Assembly (NCBI GenBank): GCA_963665275.2
Contig: CAXXIN010000007.1
Coordinates: forward strand, 256,001-320,000
Source: Negativicutes bacterium
GTDB lineage: Bacteria; Bacillota; Negativicutes; UBA1444
Direction: 5' to 3'
Length of the DNA stretch: 64,000 nt
In this document: piece by piece, positions 30,262-40,290 of the stretch
Layout: every line of letters begins with the position of its first letter
How positions within the stretch are numbered: the stretch's first letter is position 1
Position numbers and translations under genes: made by a program
The notes under the pieces: model-generated
What the model saw: only the letters and a program-made list of their open reading frames with translations
What the model was told of the DNA's origin: nothing
Database searches by the model: none

Positions 30262-31407
30262 TTAACCCAATACACTGGAATTCCCCCCAGAGTTTTTAGC
30301 TCGGTACAACGCATCATCAGCTATACGCATCAATTCTTCTCCATTGCGTACCGCGTCATTGGATAAAGCCAAACCAATGCTTATCGTCGAATGCAATGAA
30401 TGGCCTTGCCAAGAAACCGTAAGTTCTTCGATTTTCTGCCGCAACCGCTCTGCCGTATTCATCAAACTCACTTCATCACAATTTTGCACTACTACTACAA
30501 ATTCATCTCCTGCATAGCGAAAAACGAAATCACTAGTTCGTACAGCATCGCTAATTTCCTGTCCAAATCGGATCAAAAAACGATCACCTGCTTGATGCCC
30601 AAATTGGTCGTTGATCTCTTTGAAATCATCGATATCAATTAACAGAAATCCAATGCATTCTGCCCTTGATGACATCAATGTTTCAATCCGATTATCCATC
30701 GCTCGCCGATTAGCAATTCCCGTTAGTGTGTCGGTTAATGCTTGTCTTTGGACGTCCAGTCCCAAGCGATGTGATATGAGCCAAAATATGCAGAGAGACA
30801 TGCCTGTGCAGAAACATAGCATTCCTAAAGTGATCCACTCATGCACAAATCCCGGGTTCGTTAAATCAGTCTGTTGCCCCTGAATCATGGTAAATATGGC
30901 GCGAAAAATCATTAGGCCTGTAAACAAGGCAAGCAAGGTCATCATAAAACGCCGCGGAGCATTTTCGTCATCGTCACTCACTCGCAGAATTTTCATGCTG
31001 ATCAAAGCTAGGAATGCTGCAGAAACGCTATAAACAACGATCCGATTATTAATCGAAGGAGTAATATATGTCATGAAAAGGAACGATGTAATCATAAGGC
31101 CCCATACTGTCCAAGCTGCTCTCCTCAAATACCCGGGTTTCTCCATATATTGAGCGATCCCTTCCTGGGTTGCAATTTGGCTACCCAAGATACATGCTCC
31201 TGCGATAATAATGGAGAAAAAATCAGATATCACGCCTCGAAGGGCCAGTAAAACCATGCTCGTTCCTGATAAAACATGGCTTAAACCCCAATACCCAATA
31301 ATTGTACGTAATGATTTTGCATTACGCCACGCCAACGTAAAAATAATCGCATTGACTAATGTGATTGCCGCAGTTGCGATAAATAGCGTCCTGAAATCCA
31401 AGTACAT
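30262..31407 (-). CDS. Membrane-bound GGDEF-domain protein (AGDEF variant)
   Basis: Multi-TM N-terminus, DTLTGIANRR, DIDDFKEINDQFGH, RTSD I-site, RYAGDEF. Confidence 0.9.
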   Translation of the reverse strand: MYLDFRTLFIATAAITLVNAIIFTLAWRNAKSLRTIIGYWGLSHVLSGTSMVLLALRGVISDFFSIIIAGACILGSQIATQEGIAQYMEKPGYLRRAAWTVWGLMITSFLFMTYITPSINNRIVVYSVSAAFLALISMKILRVSDDDENAPRRFMMTLLALFTGLMIFRAIFTMIQGQQTDLTNPGFVHEWITLGMLCFCTGMSLCIFWLISHRLGLDVQRQALTDTLTGIANRRAMDNRIETLMSSRAECIGFLLIDIDDFKEINDQFGHQAGDRFLIRFGQEISDAVRTSDFVFRYAGDEFVVVVQNCDEVSLMNTAERLRQKIEELTVSWQGHSLHSTISIGLALSNDAVRNGEELMRIADDALYRAKNSGGNSSVLG

Positions 31408-31894
31408 GGCGTAGATCCTCCAAATCCAATCAAATCATTCGCATAAAATACACCCGATGTTCTTTAGTTTTTGCAAAACCGAAGTCTTCTTTCTCCGGTT
31501 AATAATAAACAACCTCAATGTACTTTGCAAATAAATTGTTATGGGCATTACCCTTTAGATAACATGACTGCTGCCGGCAGATTTCCGCCAGCCAACACCA
31601 ACGCGTTTACGCCCCACCTGGCTTTGTCGAGCGTTATCCATTTAATTCACCTCTTCACTTTGCAGGAATACCTGCATGATTGTTGAAATCATCTCCCAAG
31701 AATGGAGGTGACGCTGTGATTTGTCCGTTTTTCAGCACCGTCGAAATACCGGCAGTTTGCCAAGAAGCTGATTGTGCTATTTGGGTTCCCGAGAAGCAAG
31801 CCTGTGGAATTAAAGTAATTGCCACTAAATCGCCACCGGCGCAACCAGCACAGGGATAATAAGCTTCAAGCTGAAACAGCAAACTGTGAGCAAA

Positions 31895-31986
31895 TGAGAA
31901 AAGCCTTCCGAGATAAATTCTCGGAAGGCTTTTCTCACTTGGCGTCCCAGGTAGGAATCGAATCTACGACCAATGGATTAGAAGTC
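31895..31986 (-). repeat. Duplicated tRNA-Arg(UCU) 3' half plus terminator (att site)
   Basis: 31940-31986 matches 42507-42553 at 45 of 47 positions; similar terminator hairpins follow both copies. Confidence 0.9.
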
Positions 31987-32066
31987 ATTTTTTTAAAACC
32001 GATACCCGTCAAATCCATTGATTTTACTGAATTCTTCAAAGAGCAGAAGATTTCCGAGTAACATCT

Positions 32067-32960
32067 CTACAATTTCCATTCAATCGTTGAAAGAAAGTTC
32101 TCCAGCTGTTCTTCAAATAATTCCAGGCCACGGTTTTGCCCCGGTCGGCCTGCCTTGTTGGTTATTTTGTAGCAAATTCGGTTCGGTGGCGGACTCAGGA
32201 TACTATGAACTTCAAAATCGGCCATCTTCTCGAAAACCTTGACAATAGAGGCCGGGATGATCGTCCAGATATTTGGGTGTTGTAGAAAATTGAAAACGAT
32301 GGAAGGGGAATTGATGTGAATAAACGGCCTTACTTCCGGATTCAGCCAATAATCATGCCATCGACGATAATCGGGCCCCCAGTCAATATATAACTCGTTT
32401 CTGGGATCGAGTTCACTCGGATGGACGGCGCTGGTCTTGAACGCACTTGGTTTTGAGCAAACAAGAAACATCGGCTCACTCAATATGGGTTGTGAGACGA
32501 TATTGCGATAATTGATTTGCACATTAACCAACCCGATATCGATCTCCCGTTTATCAAGCAGCGGATAAGTCAGCAGCGAGTGGTGCGATTTCACCCGCAG
32601 GTTGATTGGAACATGCTTCATCAGGATTTGGTTGTACAATTCGGTAAAGATATAAAGATTCATGCTGTCAATGCAAGCGATTGATACTGACGGGAACGCA
32701 TTGGTCGTCTTCAGTTGCATCGTGTCCCGGTGCAAAGACATCCATCGATTGGCGATAGATATGAATTCCTCGCCCTTTTCAGTGAGCATGATCGTTCGGT
32801 GGCCTTTGCTTCTATCGATCAGAACCGTTTCTAGAGCTTCTTCAAGCGACTTCAGACGCTGGCTGATCGCGGACTGGGATAAGAATAACAGATTGGCCGC
32901 TCCAGTGATACTCCGGGTATCTACGATGGCGAGAAAGGCTTCGACTTCCGGCAGATTCAT
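32067..32960 (-). CDS. LysR family transcriptional regulator
   Basis: SITGAANLLFLSQSAISQRLKSLEEAL HTH; divergent from the ABC operon. Confidence 0.93.
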   Translation of the reverse strand: MNLPEVEAFLAIVDTRSITGAANLLFLSQSAISQRLKSLEEALETVLIDRSKGHRTIMLTEKGEEFISIANRWMSLHRDTMQLKTTNAFPSVSIACIDSMNLYIFTELYNQILMKHVPINLRVKSHHSLLTYPLLDKREIDIGLVNVQINYRNIVSQPILSEPMFLVCSKPSAFKTSAVHPSELDPRNELYIDWGPDYRRWHDYWLNPEVRPFIHINSPSIVFNFLQHPNIWTIIPASIVKVFEKMADFEVHSILSPPPNRICYKITNKAGRPGQNRGLELFEEQLENFLSTIEWKL

Positions 32961-33180
32961 ATGCGAGCGCCTCCCAAATCAAAACAACTGAAAAAAATCA
33001 AATCAGAAGAGATGCTTATAATATATATCAAAATTATCTGATATTCAATTTAAATAGGCCGTGATAGCATATAGAAAAGCACCCTACAGAATTTCGAGAC
33101 TAATCTTGGCGTATTATCCATCCGCCTTGCGGCTCAAGGGGCCTCGCGGTGAGCAATAACTAAGAAAGGATAAAAATATA

Positions 33181-33831
33181 ATGCTTGGATTAAATTTTAA
33201 TTGGCTGGGGAAATACTATTTATTTTATTTAGAGGGGCTGTCAATGACAGTTCGGCTGGCATTATGCGCTGTTGTACTGGCGACCGTTCTCGGTGTCATT
33301 ATTGGACTGATGCGGGTTTCCAATAATAAACCGATGGTGATGTTGGCCAATGCCTGGGTGAATTTCGTTCGCGGCGTTCCGGTGATACTCCAGATTTACA
33401 TAATATATTATGGGCTATCCCTGAATTTTTCAGATTTTTGGGCGGCAGTCATTTCGTTGACAGTCAATAGTTCGGCCTATATCGGCGAAACGGTGCGTGC
33501 AGGGATTCAAGCTGTTGACAAAGGTCAGATGGAAGCGGCCCGCTGCATCGGCATGAGTTATTCGAAGGCGATGCGGCTCATCATCATCCCCCAGGCTATC
33601 AAAAAAATTCTGCCTGCCCTGGGGAACGAGTTCATCATTTTGATCAAGAATACTTCGCTGGTTTCAATCATTGGTTTACATGAGCTGACCTATCTGTCCA
33701 ATACGATCCGGGCGAATACCTATCTGGCGTTCGAGCCCCTGATCATTACGGCGATTGTGTACTTTGGCTTAACGTATATCCTCAAAAAAGTGCTGGGTGT
33801 CATGGAAGAGAGGATGAGAGCAAGTGATTGA
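33181..33831 (+). CDS. Polar amino acid ABC transporter permease
   Basis: [29 protein letters not shown]. Confidence 0.93.
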   Translation: MLGLNFNWLGKYYLFYLEGLSMTVRLALCAVVLATVLGVIIGLMRVSNNKPMVMLANAWVNFVRGVPVILQIYIIYYGLSLNFSDFWAAVISLTVNSSAYIGETVRAGIQAVDKGQMEAARCIGMSYSKAMRLIIIPQAIKKILPALGNEFIILIKNTSLVSIIGLHELTYLSNTIRANTYLAFEPLIITAIVYFGLTYILKKVLGVMEERMRASD

Positions 33832-34546
33832 GGTACGCGGACTAAAAAAGAATTTTGGCAAGTTGGAAGTCCTGAAGGGGATCGACATCACCATCCGCAA
33901 AGGGGAGGTCGTCGTTGTCATCGGACCTTCGGGCTCCGGGAAAAGCACTTTTTTGCGGTGCCTGAATCTGTTGGAAGTTCCTACTGCCGGTGAAATTATA
34001 TTTGAGGGGATATCATTAACCAGCAAGGATGTTGACATTGACAAGCATCGGCAAAAGATCGGGATGGTCTTTCAACTTTTCAACCTGTTCCACAACCTGA
34101 ATGTCAGGGACAATGTTGCGATCGGCCTCATAGAGGTCAAAGGAATCGCAAAGGTGGAAGCGTATAAAGCAGCAGAAAAAATATTGGACAGGGTTGGACT
34201 GAGTGACAAGGTCAATGCTTTCCCCTCACAACTTTCCGGCGGCCAAAAACAGCGAGTCGCCATCGCCCGAGCTCTTGCAATGAGCCCCGATGTCATGTTG
34301 TTCGATGAAGCAACCTCGGCACTCGACCCCGAAATGGTGGGCGAAGTTCTCCAAGTTATGCGCGAGCTCGCTGCCGAAGGCATGACGATGGTAGTCGTGA
34401 CGCATGAAATGGGCTTTGCACGTGAAGTCGGCGACAGGGTCATTCTGCTTGATGACGGTAGAATCATTGAAGAAAATACGCCGAAGGAAATGTTCACAAA
34501 TCCCAAACACCCAAGAAGCAAGGATTTCTTAAGCAAAGTGCTCTAA
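33824..34546 (+). CDS. Polar amino acid ABC transporter ATPase (GlnQ-like)
   Basis: [27 protein letters not shown]. Confidence 0.95.
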   Translation: MIEVRGLKKNFGKLEVLKGIDITIRKGEVVVVIGPSGSGKSTFLRCLNLLEVPTAGEIIFEGISLTSKDVDIDKHRQKIGMVFQLFNLFHNLNVRDNVAIGLIEVKGIAKVEAYKAAEKILDRVGLSDKVNAFPSQLSGGQKQRVAIARALAMSPDVMLFDEATSALDPEMVGEVLQVMRELAAEGMTMVVVTHEMGFAREVGDRVILLDDGRIIEENTPKEMFTNPKHPRSKDFLSKVL

Positions 34547-34592
34547 CGACGATAAGCATTATGCTTTCATATAAATAAAGGAGGGAGAAAAC

Positions 34593-35519
34593 TTGATGAA
34601 AAGAATAGCGATTTTCCTGGTGATGATCCTAATGGCGGCCTTGTTGTCGGCATGCGGAACCCAAACGACTACAGCACCCGCAGCACCCACTACAACCAGC
34701 GCACCTGCAATGGGGAAAATCCTGACCGATGTCAAGAACACAGGCATTCTTAAAGTCGGCGCTTTTGGCAACAGGCCGCCATGGTATTTTCAGCGCGTTG
34801 ATGCAAACGGGAAGAAAGAAATTTCCGGCTTTGAATACTATATGATCAATGATATCGCCAAAGAGGTCGGCAAAAAGGTGGGCCGGGAAGTCAAGGTGGA
34901 AATCCTGGAGACCGATGTTGCCGGGGTGCTGGCCGCTATTCAGGCTGGAAAGGTGCATTTCAGCTTCAGCCTTGCCGGGACGCCGGAGCGCAAAAAAAAC
35001 ATGGATTTCTCAACGGCTTATCACCGTTCGCTGCAGGTCATCGCAATCCGCGTCGCTGACAAGGATAACCCGAAATTCAAGCTGGAAAACAAGCTGAAAG
35101 GGGTCAAAATTGCCAGTATTCAAGCAAGTTCGACAACAGTTTCATTGAAAGAGCAGTATCCTGACTGTGAAGTGCTTGATCTTACCTCGGCTGCAGACCA
35201 GCTCCTGTCGCTAGCCAACGGCAAATGTGATGCTGCCGTATTCAATGAAAAAATCGGCATCCTCTATTCCAAAGCCAATCCATCGATCATGGTCGTTCCT
35301 GATTTGTCTTTCAAGGTTCCTCTTGATAGAGAGCTGGGTTCCAGCCTTGCATTCCAATATGGCAATGATGATTTCAAAGCACTGTGCGACGCTTATATTA
35401 CCCGTATCTTAAACGATGGCACATTCAACGGTTTTGAAAAGAAAGCGATATCTCTGCTGGATGATCCGAGCGTCCTAGATTCTTTTACTACCAAAAACCT
35501 AATTGACACAAAAAAATAA
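34593..35519 (+). CDS. ABC substrate-binding lipoprotein (family 3)
   Basis: Lipobox LSAC, TPERKKNMDFS. Confidence 0.88.
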   Translation: MMKRIAIFLVMILMAALLSACGTQTTTAPAAPTTTSAPAMGKILTDVKNTGILKVGAFGNRPPWYFQRVDANGKKEISGFEYYMINDIAKEVGKKVGREVKVEILETDVAGVLAAIQAGKVHFSFSLAGTPERKKNMDFSTAYHRSLQVIAIRVADKDNPKFKLENKLKGVKIASIQASSTTVSLKEQYPDCEVLDLTSAADQLLSLANGKCDAAVFNEKIGILYSKANPSIMVVPDLSFKVPLDRELGSSLAFQYGNDDFKALCDAYITRILNDGTFNGFEKKAISLLDDPSVLDSFTTKNLIDTKK

Positions 35520-35546
35520 GTTCACTGCAATCAAGGAGGAAATATA

Positions 35547-36293
35547 ATGGCAATCGATTATATCAAAAAAAATGATATCACCCTGAATTTCCAAAACGGA
35601 TACGCCGAGACAGAAGTGCTGAAAGAAGTATATGCCGGAGTCAGAACCTTCCGGTGCGTGCTGAAAGCCGGAAGCAAGATTACACCGGAAAATTTTGGCC
35701 AAAAGCTGCAAGTTCTTTGTATTACCAACGGTGAAGGGTACATCTCAACGCCCCAGAAGGCATTCAACATCGAAGAACTTTGCTTTTTCATCGCCGATCT
35801 TGATGAAGCGTACACCATTCATGCCGCCAAAGACATCATGATCACCAAGTTCGTCATTGACCTGACTGAGAACGACATGGAAGCCTTCAACAAGAGCCAT
35901 GTGGTGTTGCCTTTCTTCAGGAAAATTTCGGATTGTGTCGAATACTGGCAGGATTGCAAAGGCGAGAACACCCGCAGCTGGAGCGTTCTGAACTCCAGGC
36001 AACTTACCCGCATCTTGTTTGGCGTTGTCAAGGTTTCAGTTGGCGGAGAGGGCACGATTGAAAAAGGCCATCCTGCCGTCGCTCAGTGGAGTGTGGTTCT
36101 GGATGATTCCGAACTGGTGTATACTGTCGAAGATGAGAGCGTCGATCTAAGCAGCGGCGATATTGGTTACGTGACGGCAGGGCTTGACCATTCCCTAGTC
36201 TCCAAACCTGGGAAACAGGCCAACTATATCTGGTTCGAGCACTTTGTATTGAACAAAGATTACATCATCGTGAATCCTCAACGCCAGAAATAA
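35547..36293 (+). CDS. Cupin-fold protein of unknown function
   Basis: Two cupin-like halves (GEGYI..YTIHA; GHP..GD..YV.AGLDHSL); RBS AAGGAGG. Confidence 0.65.
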   Translation: MAIDYIKKNDITLNFQNGYAETEVLKEVYAGVRTFRCVLKAGSKITPENFGQKLQVLCITNGEGYISTPQKAFNIEELCFFIADLDEAYTIHAAKDIMITKFVIDLTENDMEAFNKSHVVLPFFRKISDCVEYWQDCKGENTRSWSVLNSRQLTRILFGVVKVSVGGEGTIEKGHPAVAQWSVVLDDSELVYTVEDESVDLSSGDIGYVTAGLDHSLVSKPGKQANYIWFEHFVLNKDYIIVNPQRQK

Positions 36294-36436
36294 GTTGTGC
36301 CATTCGCCGGACAACAGCGTCCAGCTCAGTTTCGATCGACGCAGAGTCTTTCGACCGCAGGGCTGTTGTCCGGCCTTGTAAAAAGCTGATCATGTCTGTC
36401 GCCGATGCAGGAATGGGAGAAAGAATCTGATAAAGT

Positions 36437-37288
36437 GTGAAATGCAATATGAATGGGAAAATTGACAGAGACCGGTTTGCAGGAATGAATATACATTACT
36501 ATTTCTATCCTCTTAAGTACTTTTTGGATGCGCAATTGGAGTTGGGGTATCATACTATCGAATTTTGGGGCGGGTCCCCTCATGTTTGGGTGGACCATTT
36601 ATCCTGTTCAAGCCTTACCAGCATCAAAAAGCAGCTGAACATGCGAGAGCAACGCATCGCAGTCTTCACCCCCGAATATTCATCCTATCGATATTTGCTT
36701 TGTACCTCTGATCCAGTCCTTTACCGGAAGTCGATAGAGTACTATCGCAATTGCATTCAGCTGACAGCGGAGTTAGGCGCCAAAACCATGTGCATCAATA
36801 TTACAGGGCGATTTCGGGATGAAAGCTACGATTCAGCCTGGGAGCGGTGCGTTGAATCTGTCGGCCTATTGTGTGAGACCGCCGGCAAAGTCGGCGTTGA
36901 TCTGGCCATGGAAACATTGAGTTCCGACCAGTCGTGCATCGTGATAAATTTGGCTGAATTGCAAAAATTGTTCGCAGAAGTCAAGAGCAAACAACTAAAA
37001 GCGGTGATTGACACTGTCTCCATCGGAGCAGCCGGTGAGACGCTGGACCAATGGTTTGATGCATTTGGCCAGGATGTCGTACACGTTCATTTTGCCGACG
37101 GTAGAAATGATGGCAGCCATCTTGTTTGGGGTGAAGGATGTTTTCCGCTGGAAAGGTACCTGTCAAAATTGAATGACCGCGCCTATAAAGGGCTGATATC
37201 GCCCAATATATCTTCCCGCAAATACTTTAACGACCCGGCGGGAGCCGATGTGAAAAACCGAAATGCTTTGAGCCAATATTTTATTTAA
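36437..37288 (+). CDS. Xylose-isomerase-like TIM barrel, FrlC-like epimerase (last Glu missing)
   Basis: EFWGGSPH, METL, IDT, HVHFAD, HLVWGEG. Confidence 0.85.
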   Translation: MKCNMNGKIDRDRFAGMNIHYYFYPLKYFLDAQLELGYHTIEFWGGSPHVWVDHLSCSSLTSIKKQLNMREQRIAVFTPEYSSYRYLLCTSDPVLYRKSIEYYRNCIQLTAELGAKTMCINITGRFRDESYDSAWERCVESVGLLCETAGKVGVDLAMETLSSDQSCIVINLAELQKLFAEVKSKQLKAVIDTVSIGAAGETLDQWFDAFGQDVVHVHFADGRNDGSHLVWGEGCFPLERYLSKLNDRAYKGLISPNISSRKYFNDPAGADVKNRNALSQYFI

Positions 37289-37355
37289 TACCAATCTCGG
37301 CGAGTCAGTATCAGCGAAGCAATTGCATCGCATAATAAGCAGAAAGAGAAAAAAT

Positions 37356-38195
37356 ATGAGACCCTCAATCAGACGCTCGCAAATTGCCAATATGAATATT
37401 CATTATAAACAGTACTCGTTGGACTATTTTCTTGATGCTCAGCAAAAAATAGGGATAACGAGTATTGCATTCTGGGGCGGGCCGCCCCATTTCTGGATGG
37501 ACTACATGTCATACAGTGACTGTAAAACCATCAGTCAAAAACTCAGATCGCGTGATTTGAAATGTGTCTGCTTTTGCGCGGCGGCGACGCAATATCGGAA
37601 TCAATATTGCATCTATGAGCCTGAGCATCGGGAAAGAAGTTTCCGGTATTTTACCAATGGAATGAAAGCGGCAGCTGAGCTGGGCTGTCGTTCATTTCAT
37701 GTAAATTCGGGATGGGGATACAAGACGGAAAATCGTGAAGACGCATGGGAACGATCGAAGGATATGCTCATCAGGATGGCTGAGGTTGCAAAACAGGAAC
37801 AGATGGTATTGACGATGGAGTGCCTGCGGGCTGAGGAAACCGGACTGGTAGTCACATTGGGTGACGCAAAGAGGATGTTCGACGAAATCAATCATCCGGC
37901 ATTCAAGATCATGTTGGATACAAATCCCATGGCGGTTGCCGACGAAACGGCCGGACAGTGGTTCGAGACTTTCGGTGACAATATTCAAAATACGCACTTC
38001 GTAGATTGCAATCCATACGGACACTTGATTTGGGGCGACGGAACTCTGCCCCTGGAGAATATGCTGCAATGCCTGAACCAATACAATTACAATGGTTACT
38101 TATGTCAGGAGATATCTGACACCCGATATTTGAGTGATCCTATGGCAGCAGATATTCAGAACATGAAGGCTTTATGCCGTTATGTTGACGACTGA
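37356..38195 (+). CDS. Xylose-isomerase-like TIM barrel, FrlC-like epimerase
   Basis: FWGGPPH, MECL, LDT, THFVD, HLIWGDG, CQEI. Confidence 0.85.
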   Translation: MRPSIRRSQIANMNIHYKQYSLDYFLDAQQKIGITSIAFWGGPPHFWMDYMSYSDCKTISQKLRSRDLKCVCFCAAATQYRNQYCIYEPEHRERSFRYFTNGMKAAAELGCRSFHVNSGWGYKTENREDAWERSKDMLIRMAEVAKQEQMVLTMECLRAEETGLVVTLGDAKRMFDEINHPAFKIMLDTNPMAVADETAGQWFETFGDNIQNTHFVDCNPYGHLIWGDGTLPLENMLQCLNQYNYNGYLCQEISDTRYLSDPMAADIQNMKALCRYVDD

Positions 38196-38323
38196 TTTTA
38201 TTTTTCTATTTCCTTGCACACACCCCACTTGACTATGTTTTAAAGCTAAATTATCAGATTCCATGTTCGCGTTCGTAGCAGTCAGCAACCACCTATCTCT
38301 CCGCACGGGGGTGCCCGGAAAAT

Positions 38324-39020
38324 AATGATCCCCCGGCGTAGCCGGGGGTATTTCTTTAACGGGCGTAGCCCTAATCTACTAGCCACGCTTAAAGAGCGTA
38401 CTCACGGTCTGCCACTTGCGATGAAGCTGTTACTTGCTACCCGTAAACGGGTCTTCCATGTTGAGGGTTAGTTGTTCGCCTGCCCGATCTTCGTCAAGCT
38501 GATGCTGAATATATTCCTTGACCTTTTTCGCATCCTTACCGGCTGTATCTACATAATACCCTCTGCACCAGAATTCTCTATTCCGGTATTTATACTTCAG
38601 GTTTCCCCATTTCTCATAGATCATCAAGCTGCTTTTCCCTTTGAGAAATCCCATAAAACTCGATACACTTATTTTCGGGGGTATTTCCAATAGCATGTGC
38701 ACATGGTCCGGGCATACTTCAGCTTCAATTATGTTTATCCCTTTCCACTTGCATAATTCCCGCAGTATGGCCCCGACTTCCAGCCGTTTTCCCTCATAAA
38801 ATACCTTCCGTCGATACTTGGGTGCAAAGACCACGTGATATTTACAGTTCCATTTTGTATGTGATAGACTGTGGGTGTCGTTCATTCCCTGAATGACCTC
38901 CTTTTGATATCTTCGTTGCAGTTGGCAGACCGCAACTCATTCTATCAAAAGGAGCTTTTCCGACTTCCCTATAGCTGTAAGCTTTTTGGAACCCCACGTC
39001 TAACGTGGGGTTTTCTATAT
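38324..39020 (-). mobile_element. IS200-type insertion sequence (tnpA only); ends approximate
   Basis: Subterminal hairpins at 38330-38348 and 38990-39012 flanking tnpA. Confidence 0.85.
38430..38885 (-). CDS. tnpA: IS200/IS605 Y1 (HUH) transposase
   Basis: CKYHVVFAPKYRR, DHVH, FWCRGYY, YI..Q. Confidence 0.96.
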   Translation of the reverse strand: MNDTHSLSHTKWNCKYHVVFAPKYRRKVFYEGKRLEVGAILRELCKWKGINIIEAEVCPDHVHMLLEIPPKISVSSFMGFLKGKSSLMIYEKWGNLKYKYRNREFWCRGYYVDTAGKDAKKVKEYIQHQLDEDRAGEQLTLNMEDPFTGSK

Positions 39021-39023
39021 ATA

Positions 39024-39063
39024 AGAAGAGGGAGCGAACGTTGTATCGTTCGCTCCCTCTTCT
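39024..39063. terminator. Terminator-like hairpin
   Basis: 17-bp perfect inverted repeat agaagagggagcgaacg. Confidence 0.6.
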
Positions 39064-39133
39064 AAATTATAATGTCAGTTACTCACGTTCTCGGATAGAG
39101 TAAAAGACCACCTATAAGGCGGCCTTTATTACA

Positions 39134-39469
39134 TCACCAATCAGAATTATCATCATTCGGCGGTATTGGTTTTTGATCATTATAATGTTGTTTTGCATTG
39201 TCTTGTTTTGGCGGTTGCCCATTCTGGTCATGGGGAGGACGTTTCATATTGTCTTGATTGGGAGGGGGTGCCTTCTGATCATCTTTTTTAGGATGCTTCT
39301 GTTTGTCAGTATCTCGGGGCGGTTCTTTTTGATCATTGGGAGGCATATTATTATTGTCATCAATTCGATGCTGATTGTCTACGTCTGGGCTCGGGTTTGC
39401 ATAAGCATTGTTCGTTGGCATAAAGCCTAAAACAATCAGCGCAAGCATTAGGATACACAATTTTTTCAT
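39134..39469 (-). CDS. Secreted low-complexity Pro/Gln/Asn/Asp-rich protein
   Basis: Signal peptide MKKLCILMLALIVLG..AYA; repeated DQK.PP; RBS GAGGTG. Confidence 0.7.
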   Translation of the reverse strand: MKKLCILMLALIVLGFMPTNNAYANPSPDVDNQHRIDDNNNMPPNDQKEPPRDTDKQKHPKKDDQKAPPPNQDNMKRPPHDQNGQPPKQDNAKQHYNDQKPIPPNDDNSDW

Positions 39470-39729
39470 AGTTAACACCTCAACATTTTTTGTTTTCTAA
39501 GATCATTCTAGCGAAACATTGTCACAGCATTGTTACGATACAAAGTCATTTTCGCTAACAATCTTGTGTTTTTTCCCTGCAAACTCTTCCCACCTGCCCA
39601 ACGCATCAATGCCGATGCGTTTTGGCCTTAATCAAAACTTTATACAACGTTAATGCTTACTGCAAAATTCGATGCTACCATGTAATTATCAACACTCATG
39701 CAGAGTGACAAAATGGAGGGAAAATACAA

Positions 39730-40203
39730 ATGGAAGGTAAGACAGTTGCTTCATCGTCTCTGACAATGTCCACCGTAATGCAGCCCAGTCACGCAAACCC
39801 TGCAGGTAACGTGCATGGAGGAGAAATCATGAAAATGATGGACACAACCGCAGCAGCTGTCGCGCAACGCCATGCTCGCACCAATGTCGTTACAGCTAGA
39901 GTGGACGAGTTAGTTTTTCATCAACCAATTTATGTTGGGAACTTGGTAACATGTCATGCTTTTCTCACATATGTCGGCCGATCATCAATGGAAGTCATTG
40001 TTACTGTTGAAGTAGAAGATCTCTATAGTGATGCATCCAAAAAATGTGCCTTGTCCGCATATTTCACGCTGGTCGCATTAAACGCTGGAGGAAAACCGAT
40101 GGAAGTTGCCCCTCTTGAATTGACTACCGATGAAGAACGGCAACGATTCGAGGAAGGACGTCAGCGTTATGAAATGTACAAATCCCAAAAATCCATGTCA
40201 TAG
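39730..40203 (+). CDS. Acyl-CoA thioesterase (hotdog fold); last codons supplied by IS21
   Basis: ANPAGNVHGGEIMKMMD, VVTARVD, VGRSSMEV. Confidence 0.92.
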   Translation: MEGKTVASSSLTMSTVMQPSHANPAGNVHGGEIMKMMDTTAAAVAQRHARTNVVTARVDELVFHQPIYVGNLVTCHAFLTYVGRSSMEVIVTVEVEDLYSDASKKCALSAYFTLVALNAGGKPMEVAPLELTTDEERQRFEEGRQRYEMYKSQKSMS

Positions 40204-40290
40204 CCGGTTGTAAAATGAGCCAATAACGCCGGAGTAAAAATGAGCCACCTTCGCGAAATCCTCTAAGAGAATCCTTAGAGGAGGACAGCA

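Noticed and set aside
31470..31890. Short ORFs next to the att site
   Set aside because: No recognisable family; probably decayed remnants
31940..31986. A ninth tRNA gene
   Set aside because: Only the 3' half is present; treated as an att repeat
38324..39020. TnpB/omega-RNA system
   Set aside because: No tnpB ORF between the IS200 hairpins
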